NCBI RefSeq assembly: GCF_965277065.1
Contig: NZ_CBDIBT010000012.1
Span: 132 to 64,131 of the forward strand
Reading direction: 5' to 3'
Length of the DNA: 64,000 nucleotides
From: Mycobacterium sp.
Lineage (GTDB): Bacteria; Actinomycetota; Actinomycetes; Mycobacteriales; Mycobacteriaceae
Both the position numbers and the translations under genes were made by a program. The notes beneath the pieces are model-generated. The model saw nothing but the letters and a program-made list of their open reading frames with translations. It ran no database searches and was not told the DNA's origin. Positions 10,661 to 19,964 of this stretch are shown one piece after another; the stretch's first letter is position 1, and each line of letters opens with the position of its first letter.

Positions 10661-11305
10661 GTGGCGACCAACGTCTACAACGGCACCGCTGCCGATCTGG
10701 AACCCATCACCAAAGGAAGCACGCTCTATCGGATTCGCGCTGCCGGCGCTACTTACGCGGCAAACTCGTTCAATCCCAGACCCAAGCCGCTGCACGACAC
10801 CGCCCAAGGTCGTTTCGAGCCCACCGACCCCGTGCTGGGTGGCTATCTCTATGTAGCGCCAACACTTCTCGGCGCCGTCGCCGAAGGCATATTGCGCAAC
10901 CAACCCATTCCCGCATCCCGCCTGGTGCCGAGATTGTGGTTGTCCAACAAGATGCTCGCGGTCCTCACCCTCAACGAAGACATTCCCGCGGCCGCTGCCT
11001 ACGGGTCACACGCCGCCAAACTGAACCTGGATTCGTCCTTCCTGTGCCGCGACTCCAGTGCCTACAGCGCCACCCGCACCGCGGGCACCGAGATCCTGCT
11101 GAATACCCCGGCTGCACGCGCGCTGGCCTACCCGTGCCGCAATTGCGAGTCCAAAGTCGCCCTGATGCTGATTGCACGCGCTGCCACGCCGGCGGTCAGT
11201 GTTCAAAGCGAAGTCGAAATCCTGAAAGATCCAGCGGCCGCTAGGCTCGTCGTTGACACCCTCGACCTCGGGTTCGGCCTCAAGTACGCCGGTCGGATGC
11301 CCTGA
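10661..11305 (+). CDS. RES-domain toxin (NAD+-targeting family)
   Basis: 214 aa. Candidate Arg (AQGRFEP), Glu (AVAEGIL) and Ser (CRNCESKVALML) blocks are in RES-like order, and it is tightly coupled to the Xre/DUF2384-like gene upstream. Confidence 0.65.
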   Translation: MATNVYNGTAADLEPITKGSTLYRIRAAGATYAANSFNPRPKPLHDTAQGRFEPTDPVLGGYLYVAPTLLGAVAEGILRNQPIPASRLVPRLWLSNKMLAVLTLNEDIPAAAAYGSHAAKLNLDSSFLCRDSSAYSATRTAGTEILLNTPAARALAYPCRNCESKVALMLIARAATPAVSVQSEVEILKDPAAARLVVDTLDLGFGLKYAGRMP

Positions 11306-11480
11306 CCGCGGCAGGCGCACTCTCAAAGGGTTCGAAATGTCAGCGAGTGGTTACCGGGGCGACCAAGATTTAGCCAGTGATTCCCGGTTATCAATGGAAA
11401 GGCTTCGGCAGTCTGCGCGCGAACGACCGGGCCGCACAGAGGCGATGGGCGGCTTGTTCTCGAAATGCAGGCATCGCCAG

Positions 11481-12785
11481 TCAGTGATCGGTCGGACGTA
11501 CAACGTAATTGCCGGGATCGTTTTGAGAGTTCAAGAAGTAGGTAGCTGCGGCCGCTTGTACGGCTTTTTGAAAGTCTTGATCAGCCGATGTGCCGCCGCG
11601 CCATACCTCTTCGCCGTCGATCATTAGGAGGTATTCGGGACCGCGGCGTTCCACGCGATACAACGGCATGAGATTTGTTTGGATGACGTTGCCATGCAGA
11701 GTTACCGCTATGCGGGTCTGGTGCCATTCTTCGTCGGCGGTCACCTGTTCTTCGTTCGCTGATTGCAGCACGCGAAGGCCGCGCCCGTTCGCGAAGTCCT
11801 GGTTGGTCCGGGCGATCGACGATATAAGTGCAGCAAGCGCCTCCCGGCGTCTTGCTAAATCTGAAATCCCTTGACTAACAACGACCTCGTCGACCTTCGC
11901 GAGGAGGTCGTCAAGGTCGCCGCTGCCTTTATGGGGTTGCATGGCTTTCTCTAATGCCGAGATAAGCTCTAGGCCTGTTTGGTACCGCCGCGAAAGGTCG
12001 TTTTGGAACGCCCTGTCGAAGGCGGACGAGATCCGGAGGATTTGGCGTTCATCGAGAACCGCGGCCAGGACCGCGCGGGTTTCTGGCCGCTGATGTGGCA
12101 TGCGCCCGGACTCGTCTGTCAAGACTCGAGGTTCGTGTCCAGTAATGGTGTAGAGGAATATCCCGGCCAGCTGAGTGACGTCACTTGCAGGATCCTGGCT
12201 ACCCGGTCGAGCGTGCTCTGGTAGGCGAAGGAATCGATTTCCGATCTCTTCGTTGACCCGGGTTAGGTCGTCCTCGGCAGCATTATTAAACGATAGGCCA
12301 AAGTCCACCAGCACTGGATTGACCAAATCGCGGCCCCGCAATACAACGTTGGCTGGCTTGATGTCGCGGTGAATGACGTTGTTCTCATGGCATCGAGTGA
12401 GAGCTTCGGCAAGCTCACGCGCACACTCCAAGGCTGCGTTGACATCTGGGGCATCGTTGCGCCGCACCCTATAGGTCCTGAGATCCACTCCGTCGACGAG
12501 TTCCATGCCCATGTACATGGGGGTGCCGCGTTCTAGCCAGATTTCGGCATTGTGGTCTATGAGGGTCGGCGGCCCGAGGCCGGCCAGAGTCTCGTAGGCG
12601 GTTACTTCACGCTTGAATCTGCCGCGGGCGCGGCGGTCGTTCACCCGGGTCTTATGCAGTGTCTTGATGAATACGCTCGGTTTACCGTCACCGTCGATCG
12701 GTCTGCCGATGAACGAGTCCCCTTGTCCGCCCTGTATGGGCGCAGCGCGCACGCGGATCCAGCGGTCTTCCCATCGCTTGGCCAT
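11481..12785 (-). CDS. cytoplasmic Hanks-type Ser/Thr kinase-like protein with unknown ~150-aa C-terminal domain
   Basis: Gly-rich loop IQGGQGDSFIG, Lys block VFIKTL, catalytic loop [16 protein letters not shown], and the APE-like RLPEH. No TM segment. The C-terminal part (..LRVLQSANEEQVTADEEWHQTRIAVTLHG..) has no motif I recognise. It is the last gene of the operon with the ATPase. Confidence 0.8.
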   Translation of the reverse strand: MAKRWEDRWIRVRAAPIQGGQGDSFIGRPIDGDGKPSVFIKTLHKTRVNDRRARGRFKREVTAYETLAGLGPPTLIDHNAEIWLERGTPMYMGMELVDGVDLRTYRVRRNDAPDVNAALECARELAEALTRCHENNVIHRDIKPANVVLRGRDLVNPVLVDFGLSFNNAAEDDLTRVNEEIGNRFLRLPEHARPGSQDPASDVTQLAGIFLYTITGHEPRVLTDESGRMPHQRPETRAVLAAVLDERQILRISSAFDRAFQNDLSRRYQTGLELISALEKAMQPHKGSGDLDDLLAKVDEVVVSQGISDLARRREALAALISSIARTNQDFANGRGLRVLQSANEEQVTADEEWHQTRIAVTLHGNVIQTNLMPLYRVERRGPEYLLMIDGEEVWRGGTSADQDFQKAVQAAAATYFLNSQNDPGNYVVRPTDH

Positions 12786-12824
12786 CCGATTCCTCCTGAG
12801 AGCCAGTCCAGTCCAGAAGGCTCT

Positions 12825-15380
12825 TCACTCTAAAAGGCCGCCCGGCCAATGCTTTCGATGATCTCGCGCGATTTTGTTCAAATTGCCGAACACCACCTTG
12901 AGGTCTGCGGTTGACGGAACGTCATCGTCGTGGCTGCCAGGGTTGAGTACCTGGGGAAAGGTCCGCCATAGCCCGCGTTCGGCGTTGCCGTCCACCACGA
13001 GCGGCAAAACTAGGGGTAGGAGGGCGCCCAGAGTCGAAGCCTTCGCTTCGATGTCCTCGACCGTCGTTGCTATGCCGGCGTGGGTTTGACCGGAGGCCAC
13101 GATCTGTTTGGCGAGCCGCTCCGCGGCGGTGCGCATTACGTTGCACGCAGGCCGTCGACCTCGGGCAGTCGGAGCGTAGAGGCTTTCCTGGGCTTCGAGC
13201 ATGAGCTGACCGAAAACGTCACACGTCTGCGTGGGCTCTGTGCCGTCAAGGATGTTGATGAGGTCGAGCTTGTAACCCAAGTAGTCGTTGCCGCCACCGT
13301 GGTTGGCCTGGGTCAGTTTCGCGAACTTGCTGTCAAAAGTTGTCAGAATGACTTGGGTGTCTGAAGCGAGCAACTGGCCCAGAGTGGTTTGGATGAACGA
13401 AAGGCGATGATCAGAGTCGCTGCCGGGAATGGGGTCGTCGAGCACCACAATCCGCGTTCCAAGTAGCTCGGTGCGCGCCAAAAAGATTGACAGGCCCAGA
13501 GCGTTCAGCTGGGAATCGCTGTAGACGCCAAGGGCTTCGCGTTCGACGGGGGTGCTGGTCGCGGCAATGCGGAGCGCGGCGACGAGGTTGACGAATAAGG
13601 CGCCGCCAGCGCGGCGCTTGATGCCGCCGAACCCCACAAGCTCGTCGGGACGGATGGTGGCCCACCATTTGGTGATGGTGTCGCTCATCTGGGTGAATTT
13701 GGTGTCCAGAACGGCACCGGCGGCCGCATTGAGCGCTTTCTCGGCTGTGTTGAGGCGTCGGATGATCTGTTGCCGCGTGCCCTCGCTGACCACATCGGTG
13801 ATCAGCTCGTTCCGGCACCGCACCAGGTTGGCGACCTCGCGAAGTCCCGAGACGGCCACACGCTCCCGAGAGGCCGCGTCGACGGCCGTGCGTAGCACGG
13901 TCGCTGAGCGGTTGTATTCCGTGACAGCCGTGCTGAGGTTGTCCGCGGCGGCAACAACATTGCGGTACCCGATCTCGAGGTCAGTCGCCACGGGGTGGCG
14001 GCCAGCCACGGCATCTCCGGCTTGTTCAAGCGCGCCCCGCAGCGCCGCGCAGGCTGTGGTGAGCGCGGTTGCGGCCACCGCGATGTCGGTGGCCTGCGTT
14101 CGGGCGCCAGCAGCCAAAGCGGCATCGATGCCGAGCCCACGGAGATTGTCGCTGGCAAGGGTGACTTGTTCGACGGTCCAACGGGCCGCCGCGGGCACGC
14201 TGGCCGAAGCGGCCGTGACGAGTCGGTCAAGACCATGCCGCATTTCGGCCAACGCTGCGGTCGTCGATCGTGCGGCCGAACTGAGGGACTGGGTGCGGCG
14301 CAGGTAGTCCCGAAGCTCCCCGATCCGGTTAGGGGTCAGGGCATCGCTGGTGCCGCAGACCGGGCAGTCGACAGGTTGCTCGAGCGTGCCGTATTCCTCA
14401 ATGCCCAGAACCGCTTCGAATAACGGCGTGTGCTGGGCGGCCTGGTGATCCAGCTCGTCCAACGCCGCGCGATACTCATCGAGGTTCGGAAACTCGGGAA
14501 CTGTTCCCAGCGGTCCGGTTGCGAACGCTGATAACGGAAATACCTGCTCGCGTTGGTCTTCCAGCGCGGCTACGAGCGCGTGACGCAGCGCATCGACGTC
14601 ATCGACGTCATCGACTTCAGCGCCACCGAGCGCGAGCACCGCGCGCCCTGCTGTCAGGAGCGCTGAATCTATAGCGGTCTTGGCCGCCTCGGTGGTGATG
14701 GGTTTCTTGGCCAGGGCGGCAATGCTCTCACCCGACGAGCCGGCAGGTGTCCCGGTCAAGGCTTTAAGCAGGCGGAAAGCACTCCCTGGTTGTTCGGCGT
14801 CGATGCGGCCACGTGCAGCGCGTACACGTTCCCGGAACAAGTCCAGATCAGTCAGCTCGAGTAAAGCCTTGAAATAGCCGACCCGCTGTTTTGGCTCGGT
14901 CGACAGCACGTGGCGCAACGTGTGCTGCAACAGCACCGGCGCGCGGACCGGGGGGTCGGCCAACGGCAGGCCCACGTGGTCGAGGTTGTTGGCTTTCACA
15001 CCGTCGACTAGGAGACGACTATCGCATTCGGCACCCTGGGAGAAGTCGGACAGCAGCTCGCGGCGGACCTCGTGGGTAGTGCCGGCGGCGTCCCGCACCA
15101 GGGCTTGGACGTACACATCGGTGTCAGCGGCCGGTAGGTGCGCGTTGCGCAGACTGTCGTGATACTCGGCCTTGGAACCGCCCAGCATCTCGCGGCGGCT
15201 GCTTCGCCCGCTGATGAGAAACTCGATAGCCTCAGTGAGGCTGGTCTTGCCTTGGCTATTACCAGCGTGAACGACCACCAGCGGCGCATCGAGCTGCAAC
15301 GTGCGGGCTTCAGTGCCGAAGGCGCGGAAGCCGCGGATCTCCAGCGAGACCAAGCGAGGCCCGGTCGTGCCGCCAGTCAA
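12825..15380 (-). CDS. Rad50/SbcC/SMC-like ABC-type ATPase with central CxxC hook
   Basis: N-terminal LEIRGFRAFG..VVHAGNSQGKTSLTEAI (Walker A). A long Ala/Leu/Glu-rich middle contains CPVCGT (zinc-hook-like). C-terminal signature-like SDSQLNALGLSIFLA and Walker B IVVLDDPIPGSD, plus an extra ~170-aa tail. The TTG start overlaps the stop of the small upstream ORF. Confidence 0.8.
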   Translation of the reverse strand: MTGGTTGPRLVSLEIRGFRAFGTEARTLQLDAPLVVVHAGNSQGKTSLTEAIEFLISGRSSRREMLGGSKAEYHDSLRNAHLPAADTDVYVQALVRDAAGTTHEVRRELLSDFSQGAECDSRLLVDGVKANNLDHVGLPLADPPVRAPVLLQHTLRHVLSTEPKQRVGYFKALLELTDLDLFRERVRAARGRIDAEQPGSAFRLLKALTGTPAGSSGESIAALAKKPITTEAAKTAIDSALLTAGRAVLALGGAEVDDVDDVDALRHALVAALEDQREQVFPLSAFATGPLGTVPEFPNLDEYRAALDELDHQAAQHTPLFEAVLGIEEYGTLEQPVDCPVCGTSDALTPNRIGELRDYLRRTQSLSSAARSTTAALAEMRHGLDRLVTAASASVPAAARWTVEQVTLASDNLRGLGIDAALAAGARTQATDIAVAATALTTACAALRGALEQAGDAVAGRHPVATDLEIGYRNVVAAADNLSTAVTEYNRSATVLRTAVDAASRERVAVSGLREVANLVRCRNELITDVVSEGTRQQIIRRLNTAEKALNAAAGAVLDTKFTQMSDTITKWWATIRPDELVGFGGIKRRAGGALFVNLVAALRIAATSTPVEREALGVYSDSQLNALGLSIFLARTELLGTRIVVLDDPIPGSDSDHRLSFIQTTLGQLLASDTQVILTTFDSKFAKLTQANHGGGNDYLGYKLDLINILDGTEPTQTCDVFGQLMLEAQESLYAPTARGRRPACNVMRTAAERLAKQIVASGQTHAGIATTVEDIEAKASTLGALLPLVLPLVVDGNAERGLWRTFPQVLNPGSHDDDVPSTADLKVVFGNLNKIARDHRKHWPGGLLE

Positions 15381-15544
15381 AGTGTCCGCCAGGTGGCGAT
15401 CACCGCGTCGAGCGCCTGGTCGAGATCATCCTCGGTGGTGGACTCGGCGACGGCTTCCGCGAGAGTCCGGGCATCGCGCGCGCCGCCGGTGTCGCCGACT
15501 AGGTGGGTCAGCAAGGCGTCAAGATTGGGCAGCAGCTCGCTCAT
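15377..15544 (-). CDS. 55-aa acidic small protein (below the ORF-track cutoff)
   Basis: Manual translation gives MSELLPNLDALLTHLVGDTGGARDARTLAEAVAESTTEDDLDQALDAVIATWRTL*. Its TGA overlaps the TTG start of the ATPase (CTTTGA), suggesting translational coupling. No strong RBS was seen. Confidence 0.4.
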   Translation of the reverse strand: MSELLPNLDALLTHLVGDTGGARDARTLAEAVAESTTEDDLDQALDAVIATWRTL

Positions 15545-15665
15545 TGAACGGCAGCCTAGCCGCTATCACCCGGGCTTTTTCGTAACCCGTGCACTTCGTC
15601 GACCGTTCGGGTGACCGTCAGCGAGGCGATTCGCGTTCTCAGCTTGGTTGAGCAGGGATTAACCC

Positions 15666-16697
15666 CTACAGCGGATTTCGCGCTACTGCGCTTCGTGTCT
15701 CGGTACCGGCGGCGGTGATATATCGCTGTGAGGTAGTCATCGATTCATGCCTCAGCAGCTTCATGAGTGTGTAGACGTTGACGTCGGAGTCGGCGAGTTC
15801 GGTGGCTTAGGTGTGGCGCAATTCGTGCACAAGTGCGCCAGGCACGGGCTGGGCGTCGGGGCCGGCGCGCTTGAACGCTCGCTTGATGCGTGATTGCAGC
15901 GTTCCCTGGGTAATACGTTCGCCGTCGCGGCCGACGAACAGTGGGGAGCGTGCAGACCATCGAGCCAGACCGGATCCTGCTGTCATTCTGTGCTTCTCGG
16001 CTTGCGGAAAGCGGATAGCGCGGCTTTCGAGATAAGTCTGAATGACCGCGAGGAGTTCGGCTTCGATAGGGACGCTGCGCTCCTTCCCGCCCTTACCCTT
16101 GACGTAGATGACAGCTGCGCCATCATCGGTCGTGCGGATGTCGCTGACATTGGCCCCTCGGAGCTCCTCGGCGCGCAGCCCGGCTAACAACGCGGTCAGG
16201 ATGATCGCGAGATCAATTTGGACCCAATCGGTTTGCCGCTTGGAGCCGTAATCCTGAGCCACGAACTCTAGCAGCGCTTCGACCGCGGTGCGGGGGAGCG
16301 CTTTGGGCAGGCTCTTGGCCAGCTTAGGCCGACCGACCAACTGCATAGGGTTGGCGGCTAGCTGTTCGCCGGTATAGAGGAAGGTGCACAACACATTCCA
16401 GGTCGACCAGCAGCGCTGGATAAACGCGGCTTCGTGATCGTGAGCGTAAGCGGCGAACGCCGCCCGCATCGAATCCCTAGTTATGTCAACTATATTCAAG
16501 CCAGCCGGATCACCGTCGGCGATCAGACTGGCGATGGCGATGAAGTCCTGGCGGTAGGCCTTCATGGTGTGCGCGGAAGGTTTGCGGGTCTGACGGTCGC
16601 GCAGGAACGCAGTGAACCACTCCGGGAACGGATCGGCCTCACCGGCATCCGGGCCGTCGGCCGACCCCGGGCGAGCACCATCGCGATTGTCGGACAC
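15666..16697 (-). pseudogene. tyrosine recombinase/integrase (XerC/D-like) with premature in-frame stop
   Basis: The ORF ends ..ALVHELRHT at TAA 15807..15809. The same frame continues ATELADSDVNVYTLMKLLRHESMTTSQRYITAAG..NPL* to TAG 15666..15668. The conserved His and the catalytic Tyr (QRY) therefore lie after the stop. Confidence 0.8.
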
Positions 16698-17006
16698 CTG
16701 CTCCGGTATCAGAATAAGATGGGTAATATATCCTATCCATCCAGTAGGCGAAAACGGTTGCCTAGCTGTGACTTTCCAGAGATATCTGCCAGGGGAGATG
16801 TGTGACCGTGACGAAACATCGCGTGGCCGCCGCGCCTGTTTTGATGCGGGCGCTACGCTGCCTGCATGAGCGACGGCTCCGCTAATGGTCTCGATACGGA
16901 TGACATGGTCGAGATTCTTTCAAAATAGCCGTATCGGCCGGTGATTCCTCACGCCTGCGATAGGTTGGCCTCGAAGTCGCGGGCTCCGACGATTGGAGGG
17001 CTATTT

Positions 17007-17456
17007 ATGTCCACTGTTGAATGCCGCTACTGCGATAAGTGCCACGGCATGTTCTACGACGGCTCGGACAAGAAGGGAGTATGTCCGTCCGGCCACGGGC
17101 ATCACGCCGAAGGCTACCGGTTCGAACTGCCAGTGAACAAGCCCGAAACACGGGTGGGTCAACCGCACTAGCGACTCTGTGGCACCCGCTTTGGGGTGTT
17201 CTATGACGGCTACCCCGACAAAGGACACTGCCCAGCCGGGAGCAGCCATCGCCAAGATTCCGACGACATGTTGCTCAACCACGACCTGCCGGAAACCAAT
17301 GGGGCGCAAGCGCAGTGGCGTTTCTGTAATCGCTGTCACGGCTTGTTTTATGACGGCTATCCCGACAAGGGACACTGCCCGGCCGGCGGCGGGCATCACG
17401 CGCAGGGTTTCAACTTCGTGCTGCCGCACCTCCCAGTCGGTGGGCCCATCGACTGA
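17007..17456 (+). pseudogene. three tandem Cys/His-rich ~50-aa modules, interrupted by an in-frame TAG
   Basis: GGAGGG RBS, then ATG at 17007. The repeats follow [W/Y]R[F/Y]CxxCHG[LM]FYDGxxDKGxCPxGxGHHAxGxxFxLP. ORFs 16941..17171 and 17196..17456 are in the same frame, and the TAG at 17169..17171 sits where the repeat has Trp (TGG). The middle repeat has also lost the second Cys and the His. Confidence 0.55.
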
Positions 17457-18039
17457 CGAAGCGACTCCCGACGACAAGATGCTCGCGCGCAGTCCTAACT
17501 GATGGGTACCGCGTTGACGATGTTCTGGCGCACCGTGTTCGCGCTGCCTCGACCGTGGCCGGGTCAGCCAAGTAAGCGCTCGACCGATGCCGCGGCCCCG
17601 GCGGTGGCCAGTGCCGGCTTGGCGGTTTGACCAGTACAAGCGTCGAGCTGTTGGCCGGCGCCTCTAGTATCCTGAACCAGCCGCGGTGCGGGTTGCGCGA
17701 CGCGGCCTTGTCGGTGCGCAGAGCAAACCGCCGATCGCCTTGGTTGTGTTAGCACGGGTAGGTTGCGGTGAAGCTGGATCGGCAGCCGGAGCGGCCGCCG
17801 GGGAGCTGACGATGGTCGGCGAATTGCGGAGCGTCGCGGACCATATAAAAGAAAACGGTGCACCGACGCAACCGACACCGACGATCGATCGACCACTAGC
17901 GCCGCCGCGTGGCTCGTGCCCGTCGATTGCTGGCGAACGCGGCTGCAAATTGTGATACGGCAGATCCGCGCGAGCGCAGCTGGTATTGAATACAGGTGCG
18001 TAAGTGGCGGTTCTGAGTGGTCAACATCGGGTGGAAGCG

Positions 18040-19941
18040 ATGAGCGCAGGCGAGGAAGCCTGGGTCGACCGTGCGCACTGCGCGCTGGGTGCGCTGGCAT
18101 CGATGACGATTCCGGCGACGCCGCAGGTCGTGCGGGAAATGGTGGCTGCACGCTTCGCACCGCAGTTCGACGAGGGTGATCGACTCTACAAAGAGGGCAA
18201 GCCGCACTGGCAGCAGCGGGTCGACGATGCGGTGAGCAGCCTGATCACCGCCAAGCTCGTCACGAGGACGGGGTCGGCGAAACGCGGCCGCACCGCCACG
18301 GATACCCGCGCCGCGGACGTCACCCCGACGCTGCGGTTGACCGCTGACGGTCAAAGCGGTGTGGCCGCCGCCTGCGAAAGAGCCGACACGCCCGGTGCAT
18401 CGCCCGTTACACAGAAGTCGATAGCGCCTCCCGACAACCGCCGTCCTATAAATGATCTGGTGATCGCCGGGGTGTTGACGCCGCCCCTGCGGCAGAAGAT
18501 CGCCAATGATCCTCGGCCTCGTGGACCTGATGCCGCGCCAGCACGATGGCCGGTGATGATCGAGCTCAACGCACGATTCAACTCGGGACCCGCTGCGGCC
18601 ATGCAGCGGGTAGAGCATCTGTGGCGACTCGTCGGCGGCTTCGAGGAGCCGGTGCTGCTCGCCGATCAGTACGGGGTCGGCGAACTAACCAGCGATCAGC
18701 TTGAGGGCGTGGTGTCGGCGGACACCGCCGGCGGCGACCGGCCGATGCGGGCGATCTACCGCATCTGGCCCGACTTCGACACTCATCGCCACGTCGATGT
18801 GTCGTCGTCGACGATCAAGGCCCAGCCTGCGCAACGATCCTTCAACGCGTTCGGCGATGGAATCGTCTGGGCCGTTGTGGATTCCGGTATTCAGGCTGAT
18901 CACCCGCACTTCCTGGGGTATCAGACGCTGACCGACGACACGGTGAAATCGCTTCATCGCGACTTCACTTGCGACAGCGACGATCCCACGCTCGCCCTGA
19001 TCGACCAAGACGGCCACGGCACCCATGTGGCCGGCATCATCGCGGGAGGACTGGAGAAGTGGCAATCCGCTGATCGCGCAGTGATCGCGACGGAGAAGCG
19101 CTTCAACGCCGGATCGCCCGACGGCGACTTTCCGGTCCTGCAGCCCCGCGAGGTGCAGGACATCGACAAACTCGCCGGCATGGCGCCCCACGCCAAGTTG
19201 GTCAGCCTGAAGGTGCTCGCCGAAGGAACGTGGACCACCCGCGTCAGCCGCGTCATACGCGCTCTGGCCTACATCCGCGAACAGAACGCCTCAAGCAGCA
19301 AGGTTCCGCTCATCCACGGCGTCAACCTGAGTCTGGGCTACGAATTCGCCGCGGACTGGTACGCCTGCGGGCAGAGCCCCCTGTGTACCGAGGTGGACAG
19401 GCTGGTGCGCTCCGGGGTCGTGGTGGTCGTGGCCGCGGGCAACACCGGATATGTCACCCTGAACCCCGAGTTCGCCAGCGACATAACCCATTTCAGTGCC
19501 GCGGTCACCATCAACGACCCCGGCAACGCCGAGCGCGCGATTACCGTCGGCTCTACCCACCGGGATTCTCCGCACACATTTGGCGTCTCTTACTTTTCCT
19601 CCCGCGGCCCGACCGGAGACGGCCGCGCCAAACCCGACCTTGTTGCTCCGGGGGAGCGCATCACGTCAGCCGCGGCGGGCAAGAACCTGCTCGCCGTCAA
19701 AGAAGCACACCCCGAGGGCATCGACGGTGCCGCCGTGTATGTCGAGGAAAGCGGCACAAGCATGGCCGCACCGCATGTGTCCGGGGCCATCGCCGCATTG
19801 TTGTCTGTGCGGAAGGAAATGATCGGCAACCCCGAGGAAGTCAAGCGCATCATGGTCGCCTCGGCGACGTCGCTGGGCCGAGATCCCGCGTTCCAGGGAG
19901 GTGGCCTCGTCGACCTCATGCGCGCACTGCAATCCGTTTAG
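18040..19941 (+). CDS. intracellular S8 (subtilisin-like) serine peptidase with N-terminal winged-helix-like extension
   Basis: Triad blocks VWAVVDSGIQADHPHF (Asp), DGHGTHVAGIIAG (His) and GTSMAAPHVSGAIAALL (Ser). No signal peptide. The first ~90 aa (..FAPQFDEGDRLYKEGKPHWQQRVDDAVSSLITAKLVTRTG) resemble Mrr_N-type wHTH domains. An alternative upstream start lies at 18004. Confidence 0.85.
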   Translation: MSAGEEAWVDRAHCALGALASMTIPATPQVVREMVAARFAPQFDEGDRLYKEGKPHWQQRVDDAVSSLITAKLVTRTGSAKRGRTATDTRAADVTPTLRLTADGQSGVAAACERADTPGASPVTQKSIAPPDNRRPINDLVIAGVLTPPLRQKIANDPRPRGPDAAPARWPVMIELNARFNSGPAAAMQRVEHLWRLVGGFEEPVLLADQYGVGELTSDQLEGVVSADTAGGDRPMRAIYRIWPDFDTHRHVDVSSSTIKAQPAQRSFNAFGDGIVWAVVDSGIQADHPHFLGYQTLTDDTVKSLHRDFTCDSDDPTLALIDQDGHGTHVAGIIAGGLEKWQSADRAVIATEKRFNAGSPDGDFPVLQPREVQDIDKLAGMAPHAKLVSLKVLAEGTWTTRVSRVIRALAYIREQNASSSKVPLIHGVNLSLGYEFAADWYACGQSPLCTEVDRLVRSGVVVVVAAGNTGYVTLNPEFASDITHFSAAVTINDPGNAERAITVGSTHRDSPHTFGVSYFSSRGPTGDGRAKPDLVAPGERITSAAAGKNLLAVKEAHPEGIDGAAVYVEESGTSMAAPHVSGAIAALLSVRKEMIGNPEEVKRIMVASATSLGRDPAFQGGGLVDLMRALQSV

Positions 19942-19964
19942 AACTGCGTCTGAAAGGCCTACCC

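Noticed and set aside
17001-18160. Minus-strand ORFs 17001..17639 and 17564..18160
   Set aside because: They lie antisense to the Cys-repeat gene or in the intergenic leader of the S8 gene, with low-complexity Arg/Pro/Ala composition and no motifs.
19230-19964. The upstream part of the 688-aa ORF 19230..21296
   Set aside because: It overlaps the S8 protease gene in another frame and translates to Arg/Pro/Gly-rich junk. The hydrolase sequence begins at ATG 19965.
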